Shown: positions 10,187 to 21,943, counted from the stretch's first letter. The stretch is DNA of 64,000 nucleotides from Candidatus Saccharimonadales bacterium (GCA_035510465.1 DATKHC010000010.1:22036-86035); one strand, 5' to 3'. Numbers and translations are program-made. Notes: a model not told the origin generated them from the letters alone.

Positions 10187-11460
10187 TTGAAGACTCTGTA
10201 ACATTTATTTGCATTCTGGCCATTTTCAACTTGGTCCGGATGATGCTATATCTTGTTGGAAGCGACGTTTATAGCTATAAAAACCTAAAGCGAAAAAGTC
10301 AGAAAAAGCATAGCTTTAGGCCAACTGTCAGTTTAGTTGTCCCATGCCACAATGAAGAAGGCTTAATTGGAACTACGCTTGATTGCCTGAGTCGAATAGA
10401 CTATCCGAGAAATAAACTCCAAGTAATTATTGCCGACGACGGTTCGACAGATTCAACTCTTAAAATAGTTAAATCCTTCATCAGAAAAAATAAAGCTGGC
10501 GTCCAAATGGAAGTCTATAGCCAAAAAAATAACCATGGCAAGGCCGAAGCATTAAATAATGCCATGAAGCGTCGTGCGACCGGTAGTTTAATCATGTGCT
10601 TGGACGCCGATTCGCTTATAGCGGCTGACGGTATTAAAAAGGCCGTTGAATATTTCCGTGACCGTAATGCTGTGGCCATGGCCAGTAACGTTAACATTAT
10701 CGAAAACGGAACTATTATAGGACTTGCCCAACGGATTGAATATCTTATCTCCTATCATATGAAAAAGGCTCAAACTATTTACAATATCGAATATATCATC
10801 GGCGGGATAGGATCTATGTTTCGCCGAAGTATCTTAGAAAAAGTTTCATATTACGATACCAACACAATGACAGAAGACATTGATCTGACAATGAAAATAA
10901 TAAGCCTCGGTAACAAGAAAAACCGAGTTGTTTATGCTGCGGACTGTATTACATTCTCCGAAGCCGTTCCTTCGTTTAAGTCATTGATCAAGCAGAGGTA
11001 TCGGTGGAAATACGGTCGTCTACAAACGTTTATTAAAAACTATCACTTATTCTTTTCGACAGATAAAAGGTACACAAAAGCGCTATCCTGGTTTATTTTG
11101 CCATATGCCATTATTCAGGAACTGCTGTTTATCTTAGAACCTCTTGTCGTAACTCTTGTAATTGGATCAGCTATTTACTTCAAGCAACCAAGGATAATTC
11201 TTTTTGCAATTGCTATTATTAGTTCTTATATATGGGTTAATATTTGGTCAACCGTTCATCTATCAATTAAAGAACGAGCCCGACTTAGTATATTTGCTCC
11301 GGCAATGTATGTAATTTTATATACCCTCTCAGTAGTTGAGTATATAGCTTTGATTCAAACAATTATTAGAATACCGTTCATTAAAGATAGTATTTCAAAC
11401 AAAAAAACATCTTGGGTTTCACCTGAGAGAAGCGGGACAGCCAAGGAGGCTTTAATATGA
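10183..11460 (+). CDS. Processive GT2 glycosyltransferase (PgaC/IcaA-like)
   Basis: DDGSTD, GKAEALN, LDAD, TED, QRYRW; N- and C-terminal TMs; ATGA overlap with the sortase gene. Confidence 0.9.
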   Translation: MIEDSVTFICILAIFNLVRMMLYLVGSDVYSYKNLKRKSQKKHSFRPTVSLVVPCHNEEGLIGTTLDCLSRIDYPRNKLQVIIADDGSTDSTLKIVKSFIRKNKAGVQMEVYSQKNNHGKAEALNNAMKRRATGSLIMCLDADSLIAADGIKKAVEYFRDRNAVAMASNVNIIENGTIIGLAQRIEYLISYHMKKAQTIYNIEYIIGGIGSMFRRSILEKVSYYDTNTMTEDIDLTMKIISLGNKKNRVVYAADCITFSEAVPSFKSLIKQRYRWKYGRLQTFIKNYHLFFSTDKRYTKALSWFILPYAIIQELLFILEPLVVTLVIGSAIYFKQPRIILFAIAIISSYIWVNIWSTVHLSIKERARLSIFAPAMYVILYTLSVVEYIALIQTIIRIPFIKDSISNKKTSWVSPERSGTAKEALI

Positions 11461-13211
11461 GATCACTTAAAAATAGAATAGCTTACGTTGTCGTGGGTTT
11501 AGTTTATGCCAGTGTATTATTTTTTATTCCAGTACCGAGCGCTAAAGCTGACTCATCCAGTAATATAGTTGCCAATGGCAACCTTGAACAGAGTAGCGGA
11601 TCACCAGCAGAGCCAGTTGACTGGTCGCCTGAAAGTTGGGGAGTAAACAGCAGCACATTTAATTATTTAACTACCGGATACAATAGCTCTAACTCCGTAC
11701 AAACAATAGTTTCAGGGTATTCTAGCGGCGATGCGAAGTGGATATTTAACCCTGTAAGTATAACCGGAGGGAATAGTCACCAATATACAGACTGGTATGA
11801 GTCAAGTGCTGTAACTAATATTTGGGCAGAGTACACATTAAATGATGGTACAACTCAGTATGTTTGGTTAGGAGCTGATCAGGCTGCTTCAAGCTGGACA
11901 GAAACATCCGAAACATTTACTGCACCCTCCAATGCAGTAAGTGTTAGCGTCCTTCATGTTATAAATGCTAATGGGCAGCTTACACTAGATGATGTTTATT
12001 TATCAGTTCCTTGTACACCTACTTACGTTAATGGATTAGCTAATGGCAGTTTTGATCAAACTTGCCCTAATAGCCCCAATGTACCGTCCGGGTGGTTTAC
12101 ACAAACCTACGGTCCGGACCCTGCAGACTATGGCTACAGCACTACTGATTACAATGGCTCACCAGCAGTTACAATTACTAATAGTTCAGCCAATGACGAA
12201 GCCGGCTGGACGACTAATATACTTTCTCCGCTAAGTAATCAACGCTACCAATTGAGTTTCTGGCAAGAAGGGACTACCTATGTCTACGCATATGTTAATG
12301 AAACTCTAACGAATGGTTCTACGCAATCTGTATCGTTAATGTCGGCACCTTCTACCGCAGGTATATTTGGTACGAATCCTCCTACTTGGTCACAGTATAC
12401 AGATGCATTCGTAACACCTACCAATCTCCAGTCGATGCAGATAGTCATTGCTACAAGTGGAGAAGGAACCTTAGCATTAGCTAACGTAACTTTAAACCTT
12501 TTGACTAACCAAAACCCAACAATATTTAATAGCGGTATGGTTAGCGTAACACTCGATGACAATTTTGTTGATCAATATACAAACGGAGTTAAAACATTAA
12601 ATGAGGATGGATTAAAGGGAACATTTTACGTAGTCGGTGGAACAATAGGTACTAAAGGTTATATGACCCGATCTCAGCTAATCCAAACTGCCAACGATGG
12701 AAACGAAATAGCATCACATCAATATCATTTATCTGATGAGGTAGAGTTAAGCACTTCAACTTTGGTTAGTGAAATAACAGGCAATATTGCCTATCTGCAA
12801 CAAATGTTGGGTTCACAATATCCAATCACAGATTTTGCTAGTCCATACGGCTCGTACACATCCTCTGACACTGATACAGTTATGCAATATGAGCAATCCG
12901 ACCGAACAACAGATGGAGAAATGAACACGAAAGCTAATCTTGACCTTAGCCAAATACATGCTCGTTTGGTATTGCCTACCACCACGCCAGCTGAAGTTGA
13001 ATCGTGGATAGCTCAAGCTCAGACGGAGCATGACTGGTTAGTACTGGTCTATCACGGCATTACTAGATCCCCACTTAACTCCGAGGAAGCTCAATATGCT
13101 ACTAAGCCAGGAAATTTTATAAAAGAAATGTCTTACTTGGAAGCTAGCGGTATTACCGTCGACCCAGTTAATCAAGCACTCACTTCGCTTGAAGCTCAAA
13201 TTAATCAATAA
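11457..13211 (+). CDS. Secreted polysaccharide deacetylase (CE4/NodB-like) with tandem CBM-like domains
   Basis: Signal peptide; repeats NGNLEQ..DW and NGSFDQ..GW; TLDD, SHQYH, SPYG, LVYH; ATGA overlap. Confidence 0.82.
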   Translation: MRSLKNRIAYVVVGLVYASVLFFIPVPSAKADSSSNIVANGNLEQSSGSPAEPVDWSPESWGVNSSTFNYLTTGYNSSNSVQTIVSGYSSGDAKWIFNPVSITGGNSHQYTDWYESSAVTNIWAEYTLNDGTTQYVWLGADQAASSWTETSETFTAPSNAVSVSVLHVINANGQLTLDDVYLSVPCTPTYVNGLANGSFDQTCPNSPNVPSGWFTQTYGPDPADYGYSTTDYNGSPAVTITNSSANDEAGWTTNILSPLSNQRYQLSFWQEGTTYVYAYVNETLTNGSTQSVSLMSAPSTAGIFGTNPPTWSQYTDAFVTPTNLQSMQIVIATSGEGTLALANVTLNLLTNQNPTIFNSGMVSVTLDDNFVDQYTNGVKTLNEDGLKGTFYVVGGTIGTKGYMTRSQLIQTANDGNEIASHQYHLSDEVELSTSTLVSEITGNIAYLQQMLGSQYPITDFASPYGSYTSSDTDTVMQYEQSDRTTDGEMNTKANLDLSQIHARLVLPTTTPAEVESWIAQAQTEHDWLVLVYHGITRSPLNSEEAQYATKPGNFIKEMSYLEASGITVDPVNQALTSLEAQINQ

Positions 13212-13330
13212 TAATCATCGCTGTGTCACTTTGAAAATGTAGTGATATTATCTGTCGTTTTGAGTTTGAGGGATTTTGTAATATCATGCGGTTTCTAATT
13301 TATACGTAATCTTGATTCGGATAAAATGCG

Positions 13331-13368
13331 AAACCGCTTATAGGAATCGAGTCGGAATTCCGTACCAC
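13331..13368 (-). repeat. tRNA-3'-like repeat, array 1 copy A (degenerate, internal deletion)
   Basis: Reverse complement GTGGTACGGAATTCCGACTCGATTCC-TATAAGCGGTTT matches both ends of the copies at 49950 and 50702. Confidence 0.75.
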
Positions 13369-13372
13369 TTAA

Positions 13373-13399
13373 TTGACAGTAGAACACATATGTTATAAT
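13373..13399 (+). promoter_or_regulatory. Sigma70-type promoter (TTGACA ... TGT-TATAAT), probably leaderless
   Basis: TTGACA 13373-78, extended -10 TATAAT 13394-99, ATG at 13406; the spacer is short (15 nt). Confidence 0.6.
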
Positions 13400-13405
13400 C
13401 AATAC

Positions 13406-13777
13406 ATGAGTGATGTTTTTGAGATACAGACACCAGCAGAACCTGATGTAAGGTTTTATGAAGCTTTCAAAGCTATTGGGAGTGAACATGGCTACCAAGT
13501 AGAATGTGTAGGAGACACAATAGACGGGCAAACTATTTACCACGCCTTGATAATGACCCGTACTGAATACGACACTCTACTTGCTGAAGTCAACGAAAAA
13601 GAGCGAAGAGATTTTGAAAGTATCACTTTAATGCCAGGTGAAAGACGGGAGCCCTTCAGGCCTCACGAAGTTCTTCCATGGGAATTCTTTATTGAGCAAG
13701 AGGGTCTAGTTAGCGGATATCCAACCCGGAAGTCTGCATTACTTGCCTCACTGAAAAAAGTATTTTATCCGAATTAA
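13406..13777 (+). CDS. Hypothetical protein (unit between repeat copies A and B)
   Basis: ORF with start reassigned to the ATG 6 nt after the -10 box; stop lies 7 nt before repeat B. Confidence 0.6.
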   Translation: MSDVFEIQTPAEPDVRFYEAFKAIGSEHGYQVECVGDTIDGQTIYHALIMTRTEYDTLLAEVNEKERRDFESITLMPGERREPFRPHEVLPWEFFIEQEGLVSGYPTRKSALLASLKKVFYPN

Positions 13778-13784
13778 CGCCAAG

Positions 13785-13820
13785 CCGCTTATGGCTGGGG
13801 ATCGAGGTTCAACTCCGTAC
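13785..13820 (-). repeat. tRNA-3'-like repeat, array 1 copy B
   Basis: CCGCTTATGGCTGGGGATCGAGGTTCAACTCCGTAC on the + strand. Confidence 0.88.
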
Positions 13821-13821
13821 T

Positions 13822-14277
13822 CTATGACTGTGAATTACCAACCACAATCATTGCACAAGCGAATGCTTTTTCGTCTCGAGTTCTAACGAAAAGAGTATTC
13901 TGTGCTCTTTCTACGGGATTGTTAACTAGGTCATAGAACCCAACTCCACTAGGATTATCCTTGCCGTATCTCGTAAGCCAATCTGTCTCGTACTCATCGC
14001 CCAAAGCTTCCTCGAATTCAGATACGGCTTCATGAGGATGTTGGCCGGTATCGGGCATCATTAATAGAACGTGGCTTTCGTCTTCAATTGGCACCAAGGC
14101 TAATATTCCTTTAAGTGCTCTTGCAGAGGAATTGCCCTGGTAATCGACGATTCTAGCCCCCTCAGGAATGCTATAACTAGGGTCAACAATCGCTATGTGA
14201 TCGCCGTGCCCTGTTTCTTCTAGAGCTTTGAGCAGGACGCCGTTTATTCCTCTATCAATTCCTTTAAGTGGTGGCAT
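13822..14277 (-). CDS. RbsD/FucU-like protein (unit between copies B and C)
   Basis: LKGI...LLKALEETGHGDHIAIVD, FYD, FVRT matches the RbsD/FucU pattern; AGGAG RBS. Confidence 0.7.
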   Translation of the reverse strand: MPPLKGIDRGINGVLLKALEETGHGDHIAIVDPSYSIPEGARIVDYQGNSSARALKGILALVPIEDESHVLLMMPDTGQHPHEAVSEFEEALGDEYETDWLTRYGKDNPSGVGFYDLVNNPVERAQNTLFVRTRDEKAFACAMIVVGNSQS

Positions 14278-14364
14278 AATTTCTCCTTCTTAAGATATAT
14301 TTAAGACCTAACAGATAGGAATTGCAAGCTTGAGCAGTAAGTAGATTTACCAATAGATAAAGAT

Positions 14365-14400
14365 GCTTATGGCTGGGATTTGAGGTTGAATTCTGTACCA
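14365..14400 (-). repeat. tRNA-3'-like repeat, array 1 copy C
   Basis: GCTTATGGCTGGGATTTGAGGTTGAATTCTGTACCA on the + strand. Confidence 0.85.
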
Positions 14401-14417
14401 TTTAATCAAGAGCTTTC

Positions 14418-15344
14418 TTAAATCAAAGAACCATATATAACTATATTGTTGCTATAGTGGTGGGTTTGTTCACTAAATACCCCACCACAAGTAATCAATC
14501 TAAGACCAGCGTAGTCAACGTTCCCATATACAAGTTGGGTTGGGAAACTATTTTGCGGATACTCTCTAAGAGCATCGACTTTAAACCTGGCAGTAGTCCC
14601 ATCAGCCCTAACTACATCAATTTCATCGCCTGGCTGAAGCAACCTTAAGTCCCAAAAGACACCAATACCACCTACGTGATCTACGTGACCAACTATAACT
14701 GAAGCCCCAATTGAACCTGGAGTTGGTGAACCTGTGTACCAGCCGGTGGTTGTATAGTCACTTGGCGGAGTTAAACTCCCGTCTGGTTGCAGACCATCGG
14801 GAAATACCGAAGCGTCAACTTCAATGCTCGGAATTTGAATTTCGACTGGCGTAGAACTAGGCATCGAAAGGGGTACAGCCGGTGTAACAATAGTACTAGA
14901 TTTTATAGCACCGGTGTCTGCCGTATTAATATTTATTCGGGCTACACCATAAACACTAGGTCCAAAAACAAACATCCCCGCAACTCCGGCCATGATAATA
15001 ATTAGACTGGCTGGATTTATTTGAGAGAAGTATTTCGAATTATTAACAGATTGCTGAATTATATTGAGTCGTGATCTGCGCTTTATGCCAGAGAAAGAGA
15101 TTTCCCTAAACGGCATGAAGTACAGAGGCAAGACTATCTGAGCCAGCAGTTTCGAACGATTGTTAGGTTTAGTTCGGAAACGTCTAACCGAGACAGAAAA
15201 ACGAATCTTGGAAAACCGTACTTGCCAACGACGAGCTCGAGTGTGATCTTTCCTAGCTGAACTCCTATTAAAATAGGAAATTGACCGCTTGGCGAGCACC
15301 TTTGCTTTATCAGCGAGGGGCTTTTTGATGCCTAACACGGTCAA
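14418..15344 (-). CDS. Class F sortase
   Basis: GWYTGSPTPG..G..VIVGHVD, LQPGDEI, LRLITCGG; long basic N-terminus before the TM. Confidence 0.88.
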   Translation of the reverse strand: MTVLGIKKPLADKAKVLAKRSISYFNRSSARKDHTRARRWQVRFSKIRFSVSVRRFRTKPNNRSKLLAQIVLPLYFMPFREISFSGIKRRSRLNIIQQSVNNSKYFSQINPASLIIIMAGVAGMFVFGPSVYGVARININTADTGAIKSSTIVTPAVPLSMPSSTPVEIQIPSIEVDASVFPDGLQPDGSLTPPSDYTTTGWYTGSPTPGSIGASVIVGHVDHVGGIGVFWDLRLLQPGDEIDVVRADGTTARFKVDALREYPQNSFPTQLVYGNVDYAGLRLITCGGVFSEQTHHYSNNIVIYGSLI

Positions 15345-15376
15345 TCTCCTTATCTAAATCTATACGAAAACCAGGG

Positions 15377-15970
15377 TTACTGGTTTTTACTCAGGCGTCG
15401 TACGCCCAAGAAAGCTATAGCAGCAGAACCGACTAGTCCGAGAGCTGCAGCAACGTCTAGAGTTTTTACACCACCGAAACCAGCGTTAACTGGACCGACA
15501 GGCGCAGCAACGGGTGCTGGGGCCGGGGCTTGGGCTGTAGCAGCTACAGGTGGAGTAGGTGTTGGGGTTGTTGTTACAGGAGGAATAACGACTGGCTGAG
15601 CACATGCTGTGGCCAGAGTTACGGTAGCAGTACGGCTACGCATTGTACTATCGCTAGGGAAGTTACCCTCAAGCATTAATGTGTCGCTACCTGCTTTTGT
15701 GCCATCAGCAACCTGAGTAAAATCCTCAGTGCTTTTTGCAGCTACAGTTGTTCCGACAGGAACAACAGCAGTGTCACTTGAACCTGTGATTGTTAGTGCT
15801 TCATTTTCGACAGAGTTATCTACAACCCATGTAATTTTAAAAGAACCATCAGTTTGACACTGTCCGGTTCCTGTTAATCCGTAAGTCCAGGCAAGAGCTG
15901 AACCACTCATAAATGCTACTGTTGCTAGGGTTGTTATTCCGCTCGCAGCTGTTAATAAAACTCGTTTCAT
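15377..15970 (-). CDS. Secreted Pro/Thr-rich protein, probable class F sortase substrate
   Basis: Signal peptide, P/T linker, PVGPVNAGFGG, TM and RR tail; directly upstream of the sortase. Confidence 0.72.
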   Translation of the reverse strand: MKRVLLTAASGITTLATVAFMSGSALAWTYGLTGTGQCQTDGSFKITWVVDNSVENEALTITGSSDTAVVPVGTTVAAKSTEDFTQVADGTKAGSDTLMLEGNFPSDSTMRSRTATVTLATACAQPVVIPPVTTTPTPTPPVAATAQAPAPAPVAAPVGPVNAGFGGVKTLDVAAALGLVGSAAIAFLGVRRLSKNQ

Positions 15971-16148
15971 CTGACTTCTCCCAGTTAGATTAGATTATTG
16001 CTAGTAATATTACACTTAGATTACAACTTGTCAACTATATTGTTTTATTCTTATGTTTATTGGGGTGGTAAGAAGTTATGGATTTTTAGCTATTTTAAAC
16101 TGGATTTATCCTTAATTTTTTTGCCATCTCTGTGGCAGAATAAAGAAT

Positions 16149-16499
16149 TTGTACTATACTTCTATGCTGATGGAAAAAGATTCAGATCGTGAGAGAATTC
16201 CGAAGAAGGCATTGTGGCTGACCCTAGGCACTATATGCGTAGGGTCAGCGTTTAATGATCCATTGGTTGTTTCTGCAGGGTTTATGTCTGGTGGTTACTG
16301 GATGCTGAGGTATGGGGTTCGAGTTGCAAACTCGATTGAGCGTTGGATGGATTCATTCTCCCCCCAAGAAGCTGGTTTTGAGCTTAGTCCGGAGGTAAGT
16401 GAATACTTAAAGACGTACGACGCTATTAGCCCAGAAGATAGCGATATATTATTGGCTACGGCAGAAGCAATAGTCAATAATCCTGATAAGCTAATTTAG
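16149..16499 (+). CDS. Hypothetical membrane protein (start uncertain)
   Basis: ORF with a hydrophobic segment and acidic C-terminus. Confidence 0.5.
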   Translation: MYYTSMLMEKDSDRERIPKKALWLTLGTICVGSAFNDPLVVSAGFMSGGYWMLRYGVRVANSIERWMDSFSPQEAGFELSPEVSEYLKTYDAISPEDSDILLATAEAIVNNPDKLI

Positions 16500-16528
16500 G
16501 CTTTTATAAGCTTATAGATCAACGTTTA

Positions 16529-17208
16529 CTAACCTAGGGCTGATTGTAATTTAGCTAGGTTTACTACGATAAAAGAATGGTCTTTCTGTGATAGCAAGCC
16601 TTCTTTGAAAAGAAGCTCAATCGCCCTGCTGGCGGTCTCTCGGTTCATGCTAATAGAATCAGCGATATCCTGATGGGTGATTAGGAACGTCAATGAATAC
16701 TCCTGCCCCTAGGTGTTTGCCAAACCTTTTAGCCAGGTATATTATTTCTGCAATAATTCTTTCTCTGGCTCTGGCTGATCTAAACTCTAAGGTTTGGATC
16801 CTCTGTGTATACAGAGCAATGATGTTTACGGTCTGATTTAACACTTCCTGAGCCAACCATTGATTATTCCCCGTGTCTTCGCGCAACCTATCTTTGGATG
16901 CTTTTATAACGGTAACTTGACATTGCTTGGTAAGACAAGCCTGTTATATTTGTCCCGTCTAGCGCCCAAGGAAGCGGAATAAACTCGCCTGCTTGATGGA
17001 TTAGCAAAAGGTTCCCATTTCCGTTTCGTGATACAGAATACGCTTTAACAAAACCAAGCTTTATAAGATAAACTCCATCAGGCTCTTCAAGGCCATTAAT
17101 AATAGTCTCTTCTTTAGAGAACTCCATAATTAAACCATCATTGAAATGAGATATTATGCTTTTATCTTTGGTCTCCGAAGCTAGTGCAGCCCGTAAACTA
17201 GTATCCAT
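16529..17208 (-). pseudogene. Crp/Fnr family regulator with two frameshifts
   Basis: cNMP domain (GVYLIKLGFVKAY); shift near 16917 into VTVIKASKDRL; second shift near 16682 into ITHQDIADSISMNRETASRAI (HTH); stop at 16529. Confidence 0.82.
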
Positions 17209-17242
17209 ATACTAAAGTACATACTCCTTACGATTTAAATAA

Positions 17243-17258
17243 CGTGACCTTGCGCACA
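17243..17258. promoter_or_regulatory. Crp-box-like site
   Basis: CGTGA-N6-GCACA (8/10 match to TGTGA-N6-TCACA) upstream of the Crp-like pseudogene. Confidence 0.45.
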
Positions 17259-17371
17259 TACATATTAAAAAAAGCCATCTACTATGAGTATGGAAAGCTT
17301 AAACAATTACGCACATCAATTGGAAGGGGGGTGTTAACTAAACTGCTAGGCTTTGTTCATAAACACAGATA

Positions 17372-17605
17372 ATGAAAGGTAAAAGAATGCCCAACTTAAT
17401 TAGTGCATCGAACAACAAACAGCAAAAACACCCAAAAGTAAGCTCAAATCAGTATTTATATGACGTCAGTGATCCAGAGGATATTAGCTCAGATCTTTCC
17501 GAAACATTTAAGGCTCAACTTGAAGAACGTGCCGATAGGTACTACATGACTATGAGACGACAATTCAGGCGGGAAGCTCAGAAACTCAGGAGAGACTACT
17601 CCTGA
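17372..17605 (+). CDS. Small hypothetical protein
   Basis: 77-codon ORF followed by a terminator. Confidence 0.45.
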   Translation: MKGKRMPNLISASNNKQQKHPKVSSNQYLYDVSDPEDISSDLSETFKAQLEERADRYYMTMRRQFRREAQKLRRDYS

Positions 17606-17612
17606 ACTATAG

Positions 17613-17643
17613 AAAAGGCCTCCAAATTATCGGAGGTCTTTTT
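17613..17643. terminator. Bidirectional terminator at the end of the atp operon
   Basis: AAAAGGCCTCC-loop-GGAGGTCTTTT. Confidence 0.75.
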
Positions 17644-17649
17644 AATAGT

Positions 17650-18078
17650 TTATGTACGTTTTCCGTGTCTTTTTAGCTCGGCAACCCTAAGTCTCACAGC
17701 TTGACGGTCAACCATAGCTTGCGCATTCTCTAAGCTTGTCTGATCTTTAGCTTCACTCTTCAGCTTCATTGCACGCTCAAATGCCTTTTGGGCTTCAGCT
17801 TCGTTGATTTCATCTCCGTTATCGGCTTCATCAACCAAAACCTTAAGTACATTATCGGCAATGTCAATGACACCTCCGTTGGTAGCGAAGAATTCACGAG
17901 CCGAGTCCGGATCATTGCTCCTTCTTCTAACCATCACGATACCGTTATTTACGACGCTGATTAGCGGCATATGGTGCTCCAGTACGCCTATTTGACCGTC
18001 AAGCGTCGGTAAAACAACCTCATAAACATCATCGTCAAACTTACTGCCCGTTATGCTAACCAGCTGGAACCTAAACAT
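17650..18078 (-). CDS. atpC: ATP synthase epsilon subunit
   Basis: LPTLDGQIGVL.HH.PL, GGVI, C-terminal helices; operon position. Confidence 0.93.
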   Translation of the reverse strand: MFRFQLVSITGSKFDDDVYEVVLPTLDGQIGVLEHHMPLISVVNNGIVMVRRRSNDPDSAREFFATNGGVIDIADNVLKVLVDEADNGDEINEAEAQKAFERAMKLKSEAKDQTSLENAQAMVDRQAVRLRVAELKRHGKRT

Positions 18079-20375
<2,297 letters not shown>

Positions 20376-20380
20376 GTTAA

Positions 20381-21940
20381 CTACCCCTCAGCCTTATCTA
20401 CTTTTTTAGTTTCGCTCTTATAGCTAGCACAGACCGCTTTGGCAACTTCTAGTAACGAGGCGTTTTGGGCGTCTGTTGGCTTATCGCCACTATTAAGGTC
20501 GCTAACTAATTTAGCGTGCTTGGCTTTTAGCTCACGGTGAAGGGCGGACTCAGCCAACTTAACCTTGTCTAGAGGCACAGCATCAAAACAGCCGTTATTA
20601 GCAGCGTATAGACTGGAGTACATTTCCCAAATAGAGTAGGGCGTAAATTGGGGTTGTTTCAAAAGTTCGGTTAGTCGCTGCCCTCGCTCAATAGTCTGGC
20701 GGGTCTCAGTATCAAGATCGGTCGAGAATTGAGAAAAAGCCGCTAGCTCTCGGAATTGAGCCAGGTCAAGTTTTAAGCCTCCGCCAACGCTTTTAATAGA
20801 TTTGTACTGGGCGTCACCACCGACTCTAGACACGCTTAAGCCTACAGATATGGCTGGACGAATACCCTGGTAGAACAAATCAGTCTCAAGGAATATTTGA
20901 CCATCAGTAATAGAAATAACATTGGTTGGTATGTATGCGCTAATATCACCGGCCTGGGTCTCAATTATTGGCAGAGCAGTTAAGCTGCCTGAGCCCAGCT
21001 TATCGCTAAGCTTAGCTGAGCGTTCCAAAAGCCGCGAATGCAGATAGAAAACGTCACCAGGATAGGCTTCACGGCCAGGTGGACGGCGAAGTAGTAGTGA
21101 CATTTGGCGGTAAGCCGCGGCATGCTTCGTCAAATCATCATAGATAATCAAGGCATGTTTACCGTTATCCCGGAAGTACTCTCCCATAGAGGAACCAGTG
21201 TAGGGTGCCAAGTACAGCAGGGCTGCTGGGTCAGAAGGGCCAGTCGCTACAATTATAGTCTGGTCCATAACTCCTTCACGCTGCAGTCTTTCCTTCAGAG
21301 CGGCTACTTTAGACAGTTTCTGGCCAATTGCCACGTAAACGTTAATAACTCCGGTTTTCTGTTTAGCCTGATTAACCATAGTATCAACCGCCACGGCCGT
21401 TTTACCGGTCTGTCTATCCCCAATAATTAGCTCTCGCTGGCCTCTTCCAATCGGCACCGTAGCATCGACAGCCATTATGCCGCTCATTAAAGGTTCATAG
21501 ACATGCTTACGATCAAGTACTCCTGGGGCCGGACGTTCCACTCTGTAGTTTTGCTTGGTTTTAATCGGCCCGCCACCATCCAGGGGCTTACCTAAAGGAT
21601 CAACGACTCGGCCGACTAGCTCTGGCCCTACTGGAACTTCTAGAACATGGCCGCTCAAACGAACCTTAGCGCCCGCTTTAACAGCTGTGTCTTCACCAAT
21701 TAGCACTGCGCCTATCTCGTCTTCGCCAAGATTAAAGGCAAAGGCCATAACTTTTTGACCACTTACGCCTTCAACTTCGAGCATTTCATTGAAGCCAGCG
21801 TTGGCTAACCCATAAACCCACGCCACACCATCTCCAACTCGAGTGACAACCCCGACGTCTTCAATCTGGGGACGTTGTTTTAACTCGGCAATTGCTGCGC
21901 GAATGTCGTCTGATAGTTCTGTAATTGATAACTCTGGCAC
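20381..21940 (-). CDS. atpA: ATP synthase alpha subunit
   Basis: GDRQTGKT, PPGREAYPGDVFYLHSRLLER. Confidence 0.97.
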   Translation of the reverse strand: MPELSITELSDDIRAAIAELKQRPQIEDVGVVTRVGDGVAWVYGLANAGFNEMLEVEGVSGQKVMAFAFNLGEDEIGAVLIGEDTAVKAGAKVRLSGHVLEVPVGPELVGRVVDPLGKPLDGGGPIKTKQNYRVERPAPGVLDRKHVYEPLMSGIMAVDATVPIGRGQRELIIGDRQTGKTAVAVDTMVNQAKQKTGVINVYVAIGQKLSKVAALKERLQREGVMDQTIIVATGPSDPAALLYLAPYTGSSMGEYFRDNGKHALIIYDDLTKHAAAYRQMSLLLRRPPGREAYPGDVFYLHSRLLERSAKLSDKLGSGSLTALPIIETQAGDISAYIPTNVISITDGQIFLETDLFYQGIRPAISVGLSVSRVGGDAQYKSIKSVGGGLKLDLAQFRELAAFSQFSTDLDTETRQTIERGQRLTELLKQPQFTPYSIWEMYSSLYAANNGCFDAVPLDKVKLAESALHRELKAKHAKLVSDLNSGDKPTDAQNASLLEVAKAVCASYKSETKKVDKAEG

Positions 21941-21943
21941 TTC

